From contig LSRY02000005.1 of NCBI GenBank assembly GCA_001643675.2, positions 1 through 64,000 on the forward strand: a stretch of DNA of 64,000 nt. The letters are read 5' to 3'. Source of the DNA: Monocercomonoides exilis PA203. Its lineage: Eukaryota; Protista; Preaxostyla. Below, one piece after another: positions 13,516 through 27,111 of this stretch. Made by a program: the position numbers and the translations under genes. The first letter of the stretch is position 1. Each line of letters opens with the position of its first letter. The notes beneath the pieces were generated by a model that did not search any database, was not told the origin of the DNA, and saw only the letters and a list, made by a program, of their open reading frames with translations.

Positions 13516-16401
13516 CTTTTTTTTCAAGTCAATTGTTCAATTTCTTGTTTATTTATATCTATTTCTATTAATATGCAAAATGGGAATGAAAATCACTTTT
13601 TCAGAATGTGGATCAAAATGGAGTTTATGAACCGGAAAAACAAAATTTCAGCTTGAAAGATGATTGAAAGTGCTATCGAAGGTATTACTGATGAAAAATT
13701 GTATATTAATTTGATAATTATTATAAATAATATTCTATTTGTTTTGAAAATAACTTTTTAACTTTCAGAAACTTTTCAATGGATAGGTTTTCAGAAAAGA
13801 AGGATCCATGATATTTTGTGATTGAGGAAGCAGTCTTGAACGGACAAATGCATGAGAAAGGAATGTCAGTTACATTTTAAAATAGATTTTTTGTGCATTA
13901 AAGAAATAGGAACAATTAACAAAGATAATAGCTCTTAATGAAAAATGATCATATTAAGGAGAATATTACATTGAACGAACAAGAAGACGATAACGACGTT
14001 GAGCTGAATATTTATTTTGTTTGATATTCATAAACATGTGATATATGATATGAGTTTTTCAGCTATTTTTTGTTTATTTCTTGAGAAAATTGTGTAACTT
14101 TTAATTTTCTATTTATTTGATAAATATTTCTCAAATCGCCTTCATTTCATTTCATATCAATGAATTAAATAAAATATAACAATTTTGAAAGAGCATTAAT
14201 TGTATTTTTATGATAGAATGAAATGAATTCATGAAAAATTAAAAAACAAAAGTTTAACTGCAGTCTTTCAATTATAATAAAAATTTTAAACGGATACATA
14301 AATAATTAATACTAAAGTTTCATAATGCATGTTTGTGAAAAACGTTTTAAACATCTTTATAGATAAAAAAGCTTAACAAGAAAAAGCAAAAGTGACACTT
14401 TTTGAGATATAAAAAAACTATTTCTTTATTCTTCTTTGATTGATCGTATTATAAGAATCAAAAGAACACTTCAAACGATATTCTGAAGTTAAAAATGTTA
14501 AAAGAACGAAAAGAACTGCAAAAAATACGTGATAAGCATTTTTTTATCATGTATCAGCTTTTTAATCAAAAAACGATGATTTATCAAATAAATAATGTTC
14601 AAAAATTTAATAGAAAACTCATACATATCGCAATTTCACCTTCATAATCGGTAATCATTGAATGCTGTTTATTTTAACTCTCTTTTGGTTTTCGGATCAT
14701 GTTGAATTAAATAAATAAAGAATTTTTGAACGAATTTTTATCTTTTCTTATCAACAAAGAAATATTGAATTGATTTTAATATCGCCTTGCAAACCAAGAA
14801 ATATTGAAAGTGTGTAACATTTTTTTCAATTTGTTAACCACATTTTTCATTTTCCTTGCACACAATCTAAAAACAATAGAAGATATATTGTTACAGACGA
14901 ATGAACAAATAAATGAAGCGATGAAGAAAGCAATAATAACAAAAATGAAGTGAATCTTAAGGCATCAAAGGAAAAAACAGGTTTGTTTTTTTATTTTTTT
15001 GAATTTACTTTTTTCAATAAAAATGGAATGAAACAGAACGAATACTTTTAGCAAACATTTTGAATGAATTTATATAGCCGATATTTCAATGCACATTGAT
15101 TACAGTCAAAAGATTAACAAGAAATAACTAATTTTTGTTTAAATAAGCTTGGAAGCAATTTAAACAAGCCTGTTATTTTGAATTGATTTGTTTCCGATAG
15201 AAATACGTTCACTTTATTGATTTATAACTTTTTTAAACATTATTTATTGTTTATAATGTTTATGTCCGTTGAATGATTGAATGGATATTTTCTTTTTTCA
15301 AAAGAAAATATTGCATTCAATCCATGGTCTTTTTTCGAAATTTTGCGATAATAACCTTCGTGTTCATTTTATTCTATTTTTTTCCTTAATTTCTTGTTAA
15401 AATTAATAAAAATTCACTTATTTTTGAAAGAAAACAGTACTTTTTTTATTAAAGTTTAATATTTTTGTGGTATTGAAATGAAAAAGACAAGATCTTAAAA
15501 AATTGCGAGTGAGATTGAAAAAAATAGTAATTATAATATGATATTTCTGTTATTTAAACAGCATTTGTTATATTTTGCTATTTAAACAACAAAATATTGA
15601 ATTTGTTTGTTAAAAAGGATTCTATTGATGCTTTAAATTAATAAAAAAGTTAATCAAATTAAAATATTCATTAAAAACAGAGCAAACCGAGTTTTTCATT
15701 TGATTGATTATTTCAGTCTAATTTGACTGGAATGACAAATTTTGCAAAGTTGAGAAATATCTTCAAAACTGAGATGAAATAGCGAAAAAACGGTGTGTTT
15801 ATCAATTGTATCTATAATTAATATGTTATTAATGAAATTGTTATTTTGTTTTATGTAAAAATCATTGAAAAAAACAGAAGTCAAACCTGGTTTTTCGGTA
15901 TTTACAATTTTTCCTCTTCGCGCTGCGAACATCCCGCCAAAGCACTTCATTTTAATTATGATTACCACCTACATGCTTTTTATTAAGTCAAATCATCCCA
16001 TTCGTGAGATAATTTTGATGACTGAAAAATAAAAATTTTCATTATGGTATTTTTGATTTTTTTCGAATTTTCAATTTTTCCTTGATTAACCGTTTTGATA
16101 ATAAATATTAATTAAGTTAATTAATAATAAACATGTTAAAAATGCTTATTTTCCAATTTGGTCACATTTCGAAGAAATTTTTCAAAAATTTATTTTTTCA
16201 GGTGAGTTGATATGGGATGTCAAATAACCTAAACTAGTTGACATTTTTTTCAGAAATATTTTTTCTTGTTTTGCATCCTTTTGCTTTTTTCTTTTGTTTT
16301 ACGCTCATAACAGTTTATAATTTGCATTAATATCGAGCTGTCATACAATTTTCCCAAAAAAGTTTTTTGAGTGGAGAAAAGCGAAAAATTTAATTATGGG
16401 T

Positions 16402-16632
16402 CTGAGTTAGGTTAGGGTTTGTTTTTGTGCAGCCTACTGTTGTCCAAATTTATTTTTGTGATTGTCACAGCTCCCCGGGGCGGTGTCTGTTCCTCACCAA
16501 AGCCCCTCTGGTGGTAGGGGTGGGCAAGCACCTTCACCCACTATTTTTGGTTTCTCCCGCACCCCCTCCCCCGGCGAGAAAAACGCGTGAAAAGAATCTG
16601 GATGCGTCGTCTTTTCCCCTAACCTAACCTAG
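16402..16632. other. GC-rich structured island flanked by inverted telomere-like repeats (candidate ncRNA, regulatory/recombination site, or small non-autonomous element)
   Basis: GTTAGGTTAGGG (16406-16417) and CCCTAACCTAAC (16617-16628) form a perfect 12-bp inverted pair. Internal hairpins: CCCCT..AGGGG, GTGGG..CCCAC, TTCTCCCG..CGGCGAGAA. ATTTTTGG lies between two stems. Confidence 0.5.
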
Positions 16633-17463
16633 TTTAAATAAGACAGACAAAGACAGACAAGGAAAGGCCGACAGATAGATACACAGAGAGACAAGATAGA
16701 TAGATAGATAGATAAGCCGACAAAGCGACGAGTGCGTTCAATTTTTGAGTGGGTCAGGAGGCAGCCACGCACAGTTGGCAGTGTCATTCCTCTTTTTCTT
16801 TTTTTCTTTTTTTTTTTTTATTTGTTCTTGATGATGAAGAAGAGGGGTCAGAAAGAGTGCTTTTTCTCTTCATATTTAAAAGAAGGAGGGGAAGAGACAA
16901 GAGAGAAGAGAAGAGAGAGAAGAGAGAGAGAGAAGAGAGAGAAGAGGAGAAGAGGAGCAGACTGAAGGGACAGGCGCTGAGCGAAGGCGGATGGCCTCTT
17001 TTGCAAAGAATGAAAGCAGCAACATTGACATGTGGAACATTTGTTATTCTTGATTTGTTTTCTTTTTGTTTTCTTTTTCATGGAGAAAAGAACAGAATAA
17101 ATTCTGAATATTCTCTTTTTTTTATTTCTTGTTTTTTGTTGTTGTTGTTGTTGTTTTGCTCCATTTCAAAGAAAATGAAGAAGGGAAAAAGAAAAAAAAG
17201 CCAAAAGACTTTCAAATAAACTTCGAAAACTGTTTTTTTGGTGTTGTGAGATGGCAAAAAAAAGAAAAGAAAAAAAGAAAAAAATTGAATTTTTTATTTT
17301 ATTTTATTTTATTTTATTTTTTGGAAGGTGAAATTCAAATCATTTCATTCTCCAAACACATTTGCAGAGGTGTTCGCTGCATAAGAAGACAATCCAGAAC
17401 AAGATGCTCTGCTGAGGAAATAAGTCATCTCAATGACATCTTCCTTTCTTCCTTTCTTCCTTC

Positions 17464-17495
<32 letters not shown>

Positions 17496-17711
17496 GAAAT
17501 ATCCAAACCGAATTGTTTCTCCCTCTTTCTTGTCATTTCGCCTTCCAACTCCAGCTGCCTTCAAATTGAATAAAATGCCTTTTCCAAATATTCCTCTTTA
17601 AATTCCTCTTTAAATTCCTCCTTCGGCTCTGCCCTCCCTCAAAACACTGCAGATCTCTCCCGCATTTTCTCCATTCCACACCTCAAAACACTCAAAAAAA
17701 AAATAAAATAA

Positions 17712-17742
<31 letters not shown>

Positions 17743-19271
17743 TAAAAAAAAATAAAGCAGCTTTCTGTAACTGTCCATTTCAATGTGATCTTCGTTTCTT
17801 TCTTCTCTTTTCTTTTCTGATCTCTTTTTCCTTCCAATACACATTTCTTCTCGGCTCTCTAAATTCTCTTTTCGCTTCTGATACAACCCGCTGATCGTTC
17901 ACCCTCATCTTTCCCAGCTCTCCTTTTTTCGATTAATCTGTCCGTTGAAAAGCCCAAGCCCGATCGATGCTCACGCCAAATAAGATCGTGACGCTCCTGG
18001 CAGTCTTGGATGGTTTCTGTGATCTCGCTCAATTAAGTTTCTTTTTTCTCTTCCTATTCAAAATTCAAAAAAAAGGCAATGCGTTCCTTCGAAAAAAACT
18101 TCGCAAACTTCCCTTGTTAAGATGTTCCTCAAGTCCAGCAATTTTATTTCCACCTCTTTTCGCACTTCCACCTTTTTCCTTCGATTTGAACCCGCTTTTA
18201 GTTATCAAAAAATTAGCCTTAGCAAAAAAAAATTCTCCGATAAACAAAAGAAATCCCCAACACGAGCAAACACAAATTTTATGAATTCCAACATCATTCT
18301 TCTGTACAATAGTTTTTAATCAACATTCGTTCCATCCAAAGTCAAAAGCAATAAAACAAATAATGTCTTAAACAATATTCAAAATGTTAATCAAAAATAT
18401 TTCTCACCTGAATCCGGCGCTATTTGCAAACAAAAAAATGTTTATAATGTACGTTTTGCACTTGCAAAGCTTGTGGGTTATGTTCTATTTCGATGATGTT
18501 TGTAAATGTCAAAACTGTCCGCAGCCAGATCTATGGCATTTTTGCAAACACAAATTTTTCATTCGGCCGTTTTCATCTCTGCCCCTTAATTTTTCACAAA
18601 TCACCCAAAAAAAATAGTCTCATCAAATAACTGTCTGCTATATATATTGTTAATCATCATAGGCAATGACCTTCGTTTTTCTATATATTAAGCCAAAACA
18701 GTTCGTATGTTTTGTGAAAAAATGAATATTATCACTTATCAATTGAATGTGTGCAAAAAAATAAATGGTGTTAACTATTATCATGAAAACTCAGCCCATC
18801 AACAGTTAGGAAAACATGCTTATTTCGTTTGACAGGGAAATAAAATTAATAATTTGTTGAAGTATTTATTGTACAGTTTCCAACGCAATTCCAATAATTT
18901 TTGTTCAAAAATGGAAAACTTGTTTTAGAAAAAAAATGATTTTGTTGTTTTTGAAATGCACATAGACAATTATTAGCAAATATATGCTTCATATGTTAAT
19001 TGGAATTTGCTATATTTTACAATAAAAGTGATATTATTGTTTAAAAAAAAAAAGAAAATAAAATAAATTTTTTCAAAATATCAAAGATCGGTTTTTCTTT
19101 TTGAAAGGTCGCAAATGTTTAATATCTGGGTTAAATAAAAAATGTTCCAAATTCGACTGTTTTTATGTAATCAAATCATCAAATTTCTTCACCGTGCACT
19201 CATTCTCACTTCATGTTGATTTGAATATTCCATTCACAAAATGATTAAGTCTGATTGAATCATTGCCATAA

Positions 19272-19542
19272 ATGGGGGAAAATACGGACTTTCCAGCTTA
19301 TTATGCACAAAGCATGAAAAAATTGTTTCACTTTTAACATTTTTTTACTTTACCAGATTTCAAAATAAATTAGATTCTCATGTCATTAAACATGTGTTAT
19401 TAAAAAAACTACTCAATGTTTTGTGTTTTCACAATTATTTCAAAAATTGAACACATTGTTACTTATTTTTTGATCACAAAAATTCAATAAAAAGTTCATA
19501 AGTTTTCAAAGAAAAAGCTTGAAAGTTCATATTTTCCCCCAT
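19272..19542. mobile_element. MITE family A, copy 1 (~270 bp, ~30-bp imperfect TIRs)
   Basis: Starts ATGGGGGAAAATACGGACTTTCCAGCTT and ends AAGCTTGAAAGTTCATATTTTCCCCCAT. Body is colinear with copies at 20654 and 36812. Confidence 0.8.
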
Positions 19543-20653
19543 CTGAACTCGAAGTTGTGAGAGTTTCAAATGTTCAATCAACAAATTTTCTGTTATCCTG
19601 TTTGAAAATAAACTCATTTTCTTTATTTTTGGATATTGAGTTGATGTGAAAATGTGATTATAGTTCATACAAAGAAGTTTCTTTTGACAAAGAATTCGCT
19701 TTAAAGCTGTTGAAATGAAGCGAAATCCTTCACAATAATTATGTGAAATTTTCAAAAATTTGCATGAATATAAGCACAATCACAGAAATCCATATGGACA
19801 TTGCTTGCTGATTTAGCGAACTTGGAAAAAAAAGTCTTTCATCATTATCAATTACTAACAATTAAATTGAAACTTCTCTCAGACAAGGAAAAGAAAAGTT
19901 GAAACTTGTTTTTTGCCTGAAGGATCAGCTTCCTTCTTCACCACCCACTCAACATAAGTTTTCGTTTGAGGCAATGTGTTTTTATGTGTGTACTGATGGC
20001 TCATGTTTGAATCATTGTTTGCTATTGCCAAACAAGACCATCCCTTCCGAGTTCATTAATTTTTCTTCGTTTTTCACAAAATATGTATATACAAGCTCCG
20101 GAAGGACAACATGTGATTTTTTCAAGACTATTTTTTCCAATGATTTATAAATTCCAACAAAAAAAAAGGAAAAGCTGGCTCATTTTCGTTGTGATTAATA
20201 ATTGGTGAATAATCATGAAAAACAATTTTGAACGAAAGTTTTTTCATCTGTAAATAACAAATTTAAAATTTTGAAGAATTTTCCTCTTTGGATTACTCAT
20301 TTTCTTCAACCTTAATTCAGTAGTATTTTTTTTGGGAAAAAATCTTGTTTAAGACAACTTGCTTCAAAAATATCATCTATTAACATTGCGTGCAAAAAGG
20401 TTTTCCTGTCAAATATTTTTCTGGATGCTATAGCTGCAACAATTCAATTTTCAGCAATCAGTAATTCTTTTTTGAAAACATGTATTTGACCAGGAACAGT
20501 AACAGAAGTTTTATCTCAAGTTTATGGATCATCGATACAAATCTCTTGCATCCAAAATGTGATTCAATCATCTTCGGATCAGCAAAGGGAATAATTCGGA
20601 AACAATTCAATGAAGAAGAAAGTGGATAAAAATAAACGAATTTTTTTGTGAAT

Positions 20654-20925
20654 ATGGGGGAAAATACGGACTTTCAAGCTTTTTATGCACAAAGCATGAA
20701 AAAATTGTTTCGCTTCGAACTTTGTTTCGCTTTCTCAGATTTCAAAATAAAATTGATTTTCATATCCGTAAACAGGCATCGTTCAAGTCAAAACATAAAG
20801 TTTTCCAACATTTCACGAACGTCAAAAAATGGACCCATTTTTTTTGAATTTTTAAATCTCAAAAAGTCAATGAAAAGTGCATAATTTTTCTATGAAAATG
20901 ACTGAAGTCAAATATTTTGTCCCAT
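20654..20925. mobile_element. MITE family A, copy 2
   Basis: Starts ATGGGGGAAAATACGGACTTTCAAGCTTTTTATGCACAAAGCATGAAAAAATTGTTTC (near-identical to copy 1) and ends GAAGTCAAATATTTTGTCCCAT. Confidence 0.8.
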
Positions 20926-21925
20926 ATTAAAATGAATGAAAATCAGATAACACTGAAAACACACAGCACAAACAAAGAGAGATGAATTTCTTGCACAACC
21001 GCTTGGCACAAATAAAGAAGCAATTCAAAATTGCGAGTTACAAAAAAAGTTTTCTGAGGATAATGCATGAACACAATGATAAATGTGAAAGTTACAAATA
21101 TGAATTCAAAAATCTTATTTTGGATGCACATGCACAAAAAAATGTACAAATGTTGGATATTCTTCAACATGATAAAGATTCATTTAAAGAAGCACTTGAA
21201 TAATCAACAATAATAAACATTAAAAATTATAAACCTTTGTTTTAAACAAGGGAGAGAAATGCATTCTTTAAGCCATGTGGATATTTCCATTATTCACGTG
21301 AAAAGAAAAGGACAAGTGAAAACAACTTAATAAAAAAAAAAATTGCAAGAAGAGAAAAATGAATTATTTTTTAAAAAAATACATTTTTCATTTATTTGAT
21401 TAGCCTCTGACCATTTCATTGTGGTTGTTCAGAAGAATTGACTATTTGCAAAGAAGTGATTTTTGTTAATATCTTTATCACTTGAAGGCTTCACAATCAT
21501 TTCGTCAGTTTTGAAATAGTTTGAATACAAACATGCAACAGTCTATATCATTAATTGCTCAACAAATAATAACCGCAAAAGTTTAATTCAAAAAATAATA
21601 AGAACTTTCACTGTTTCGTTTCATTAGAAGTTCAGGATTTTTTTTAAAAAAGGAACAGATATTGGAACCAATGGCAATTTCATTTCATCCCTATTCTAAC
21701 ATCTCTAAAAAAAACTTTTGAGGAAACTAGATGAGTGTTTTTTGATCCAATAATGATTATTTCTCATTTCATGGTTGTGTTCTATTCCTTTTTATTGTTT
21801 ATTGTTTTGTCTCATTTAGAAGATATGGAAAATGGCTAATGCAAAATAACTCAATTTCTTCTTGAAAAATGAAATGATGAAAAAGAAAAATGAAAATTTT
21901 GAGTTTTTAAATTCTAAACAATTTT

Positions 21926-23385
21926 TCAAACATTTACAGAATAATCCGAAATGTTCAACGATAAACCACCATAAAATTTATTATTAAGAAAACCAAATAT
22001 TTCATGAAAGCTTGCGATGGCATCTTCATATCCACCTTCCTCCATCTTTTCGAATATCTCCATTTTCATTGCCTTTCTGTTCACTTCTTCCATTTCATTA
22101 TCCGTCTTTTCTCTCAATCGCCTTGAAATATTCAAAAAGAATCGCAAACAATAACAAGTGCTTTTGCATATTGATGCTGATTGTTGAATTTCCTCCAAAA
22201 CAGCTTCAACAGCTCCTTCTTTCAACAAGTCATCAATTCTCACACTTTCATTTTTCGCTGCTTCCCTCAAGGTATAAATGCACTTGTTGCTGATTTCTCT
22301 TTTATTTTCTCTTGCTGCTCGAAGCACTTTCACAATGCTGTCAATAAATCCATCAAATTCTTCATTCTTCGAACGATATTTGCTAAAATATATCCCCAAT
22401 GTTTTGAACCATCTCATCAAAATAAGCTCATCTTCAGTCACTTTTCCTCCTCTTTCTTTTTCTTTTCTCTTCCAATCAACACATCTTGTCAGTTCTTCCA
22501 TTTCCCTTTTTACCTCTCTCAAAAAATGCAGTTTAAACACAATCTCTCTCTCTAAACTTTTGTCAAAGTCCAATCTGTAGATCAAATAAAGCCAAATTGA
22601 TTGATAGGCAAGATGAGTCAGATTATGATGTTTCTGATGAAATAGCACGATTTCTTTGATTTCATTCAAATACAGTTTTTGTTCGACTGACTTTCAAAAA
22701 AAAATAAAATAAAATAAAATAAAATAAAATAAAATAAAATAAAATAAAAAATAAATAAATAAAAATATCAAAAATATATCAGAAATACTCAAACCCAATA
22801 TCCTGCGTTGCTCACAGCCAGCAACGCCATTTCAACTTCTTTTCGAGTCTCCTCGCTTTCCTCTTTCCTCAATGCAACTTTCAGAAGGCAAGGCACACTA
22901 ATTGAAAGTAATTCCGAAGAAACCCCGGGGCTCAATAAAAGATAGCATTCACAAAGATCAGCCAAAATCTTTTCATTCTTTTCTTCTTTTTTCTCAATTT
23001 CATTAATAATCATTTTTTGAACAAAATAGTACAATTTAGAAAGATAAAAGCTGGTAATAAATATGCCTTTCAACTCTTTGCAATGACCAATATGTTCCAT
23101 CAAATAAAAAGCATTCTTCATTGTCATTTTCTTTTCTTCAATCATTTTGTGCATTTTTTCAAACATTCCAATCGAAATTACTGATATGAATTCGTTTTCG
23201 TTCATTTCTTCCATTAGTTCATTCATTTCTTCAATTTTCTGCATTTGTTCTTCCTCTTTGCAACCTTCAAGTTTATCAAACAATTCTTTCATAAAAAATT
23301 TACGTCATAATCATCATCAGCATGAATTCAAATACAACGACAATTGCAAACCTGTAAACTTTTCATTGGCGCTCTTAACCTGCAT
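21926..23385 (-). CDS. Hypothetical alpha-helical protein of an expanded lineage-specific family (3 exons)
   Basis: ORFs 22789-23292 and 21926-22669 are joined in frame by a GTTTGA..AAAG intron (~22692-22794). A first intron (23286-23351) links to an ATG at 23385. Shares VPCLLKVAL..EE..E..KE.E.ALL and YLNEIKEI...HQ..HNLT.LAY with the paralogue at 27.1-28.5 kb. Confidence 0.8.
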
Positions 23386-26300
23386 TTTTAAAATGCATTG
23401 TAACCAGAAAACAAGTTATTTTGCATTTATAAAATATTTTAATTCATTTGGAGAAATGAAACAGATGAATAATAAAAACAAAAAATAATCATAGAAATAA
23501 ATACTTTTATACCAAATTTATTTGCATTTGCATTTTTGACAATGCTTTATGAAGAGAAGAATCGTTTAATTTCAGATTCTGTATGTTGTAATGGAAATTA
23601 TGATCTTATTGTTTTCTTTGGACTTGAAAAACTTTTGGCTAAAGAGAGATTGGTAAATTTATATTTTTCTGCAGAACAGATAATATAACTTTATGTGGTG
23701 GAATGGGACAGTTGAAATGATGCATTTATTGTTCAATATTCCTTGTTGATCTTTATGAAAAACATCTTCGAAGGAAATTCAACAATTTTATTAAAATCCA
23801 AATATTTGTATTTATGCGTTTTTTTAAATTTTCTTTTGATTGCGAAAATATTTTCTTTCTTCTCTTTTTCAGTTCTCGGAGTCCGAAAAATAAAATAAAT
23901 GGAAAATTAAAGATTTTTTGAACTGAATATAGAGCTATCAGCTTCCAGGTGGAAATTCAACATAGAAAAGAGATTGGATGAAATTCTTCCCCCCCCCCCC
24001 GAAATACAATCTGTTAAGAACGTTGATCGATCGAATTGAACTGAAAACAAATTTCCCAATTTTTATTCTGAAGGATCGAAAATCTGAGGTTTCATGGACA
24101 AAAAATTTATTTGAAGGGGAAGATGAGCGAATCAGCTGCTGAATCTTTTGCAAAACCAGGAATAATGAATTTTTTTAAAATTAAAACGAACATTGAAAAG
24201 TGGGGGAAAAAAAAAGAAAAAGAAATTGATGTAAAAGTTCGAAATGAAGGTTTGCTGTTTCTTTTATTGAAGTGATTATTAAGTTTATTTTGATTCAGGA
24301 AGTTGAAAGAACGAAGGATTTGATAGCTTTGAAGAAGAAGAGGAAGAAGAGGAAGAAGAGGAAGAAGAAATATTAAGAGGAGAATAAGAAAGAGAAGAAG
24401 ATTGAATTCTTTGCAAAAATACAAATTTTACTGAAGAAAAAGAAGAATTATTCAAAAAATAAAATAATATAAAATAAAATCAAAATAAAATAAAAAAATA
24501 AAAAATTCCTTTTTTCACCCTTCTTTTGTGAATTGCGGAATTTTTCCGGCTAAATCAAAGAAGAAAGGAATTTTAATTGAAAGAAGAAGAAGAAGAAGAA
24601 AAAAAAAAAAAAATAAAAATAATAATAATAAGAAGATGATGATGATGATTATAATTTGAAAAGGAAAAGAAATGATATTTTCTGAGCATATTGCTGTTGT
24701 TTTATGAATGAAAAAAATGCCAAAATGTTTTTTGTTTTATCTTTTTCAATTCAATTTTCCCTCTCTTTTCATTTTTCATCATTTCCTTTCAACTTTTCCC
24801 TTCTTTATTTATGTTTCATCGGGTAATCTTTTCTCTTTCTCTCTTTTACCTGTTAAAAAATTTGAAACCTCTTCGCACAAATCATCTGATGAGAAATAAC
24901 TCCTTTCTTATTATTCTTCTTTTTATAATTATTCTTCGCTTTTCCTGCTGATATCCTCAAAATCTCACTTGTTAATATTTTTGAAACCAAATCCGGAGAA
25001 TTAGTTTCATCCGGAGAAATATCACTCTTTGCTTGATTTTCCCAGCTTTTGTTTTATCTTCCGCTTCTTCTTTCCATAAATATTTTCCTTTTATTCCATG
25101 AAAATTCCCCCTTTCGGCTCATCTTTTGGGAAGTTTGCCTGAATAATTTATTCAAATATTTTTTCCCCCTTCTTTTCTCAAAGCTGATTTCAAAGAAGTC
25201 TTCTTCTTCTCTCTTCCTTTCTTTCTCTTCTCTCTCTTTCTCCAATAAAAAATAACTAACTTCTTTCTCTGTGTTTTCTTTCCTCATAATGAGGAACATC
25301 TTTCCTTCTTTCATGTCATTCATTTGAAAATATCTTTTTCTTCTTTTTTAAAAAAAAAAGCTAATTTCCTCTTTCTCTCTCTCTTTCTCTCTTTCTCTTT
25401 CTCTCTTTCTCTCTTTCGCTTTCTCTCTCTTTCTCCAATAAAAAATCTGGCAAAGTTCTTTCTCTTTCCTTTCTTTTCCTCAGAACGTCGAATATTTCGT
25501 CTTCTTTTAAAAAATAAGCTTATTTCTTCTTTCTCTCTCTTCTCTTTTCTTCTCTTTTTTTCTTCTTCCTCTTTCTTCTCTTTTTTTCTTCTTCCTCTTT
25601 CTTCTCTTTTCTTCTTCGTCTTCTTCAAATTCACTTTTCTTGTTCACAACCATTTTTTCCTTTGTTTTCTTGTCCATCGCTGCATCACCCTCCTTTCTCT
25701 TCTTCTCTTTTTGGAAGTGTTCCAATTTCAACTTTGGCTTAAATATCAGAGTTCCTTTCACATTTTATTCACCCAATTCTGCATATTTCACCAGAAATTG
25801 CAAATCTTTCCATTAAAGCATCAAAATGGCTGTTTCCATCAAGCAATTTTTATTGGAATGACGATGACTATAAAGAAGATGATGAGTTAATAGATGATGA
25901 AGCATGAAAAATAGATGGCAGAAGAAATGAACGCCATCGTTGAATACGATGCAAACAAGAATAATCTCAAAACTTCTGGCTCTTTTCAAAAAGGTAAAAA
26001 TGGCTTCTCTCTCTTTGCGGTATTCCTGTTCAAAACCAATCTGTATTCATTCAAAGAACATCTTAAAAGAAAAATGAACAAAACAAAAAAAGTCAAACCA
26101 TCTTTTTGGTCTTGAAATATTTTCCCATCTCCAATGGATTGGGAATAACAACCAAACTGGCTTTCTTGTTCTCCAAAATTGACTCTTGCCACATAAAAAA
26201 ATTCAGATAACTGGAGAATAAATGCCTGGCATAGAACATCATCGAATGTTGAGAATCCATTGTGAAGTTGGCTGTGATATCAGATGAAAACACATATTCT

Positions 26301-27111
26301 TTAAATTAACTCCTTTTCAAAGACTTGTTCAACGTCAAGTCTTCGCTGACGGCTTTCTAGTAGGATTCGTGTAAAGGCAAAGGCGATTGTTATTGAGGCC
26401 TATTTAACATCTCGCTCTGTTCGCTTCCTCCACTGTCCAATCCCTCAATTTCCTTTTCTTTTCCACAAAACCAATCTTCCCCTCCAAAACCATGTTAAAC
26501 AAGTCCTGAGCAAAAGATATGCCAAGGACACAGCATTTCCCTCGAAATGAACAAGCGGTCCAATTCAATCTTTCTGAAATTCAACTCGCTTCTTCTGCAT
26601 CTAGCTTAAATCATTTTTCATTCAAAATATAGCATTTGACGATATGTCACACATTTTGCAATTTTTCACCATGTTCAAATTTCATGCAACTTCCCACACT
26701 TATTCACTTTTCGCAAACAATTTTGGAAAACAGCCACTCTCTCCTCCATCTGCAAGAAAAGTACCTGTTCTTCTGCAATGCTATAACTCGCATGGTTGCA
26801 TCTGTGGAAGTTAACCTAAACAGCTCAAACAAACTTTTATCTCAACATATCATCAATAAAAAACCTTCATTTTTAAAATTATAGGTTGGTCACCCTTACT
26901 TATTTGCGCGAAAATTGATTTTTTTAATACAAAGATTTGCTTGTTTTGATGCAAAAATCTTTGATGCCAAAAGAGGTTTCGAATCCTGTGTTGTTTAAAA
27001 AATTTTGATTTGGTGCTTTTAATTCATTTAATTTGAACAAAACACGAATATTTCGAAAATGAATTTATTTGTTGTTTTGGGTTTATTTTGTGATTTCACA
27101 GAGACCTTCAG

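Noticed and set aside
13573-14010. Possible small spliced gene divergent from the recombinase start
   Set aside because: Intron-like tracts are visible, but I could not assemble a stop-free frame.
8189-16169. GGTCACATTT on both sides of the recombinase gene as element termini
   Set aside because: Only 10 bp in AT-rich DNA with no further similarity; not distinguishable from chance.
16640-17900. ORFs and an ACAGAGA motif resembling U6 snRNA
   Set aside because: Low-complexity GA/GATA/AAAAT microsatellites; the rest of the U6 consensus is missing.
24100-26600. Lys/Glu/Phe-rich ORFs
   Set aside because: Polypurine low-complexity sequence with frequent stops. May be a decayed gene, but no product can be supported.
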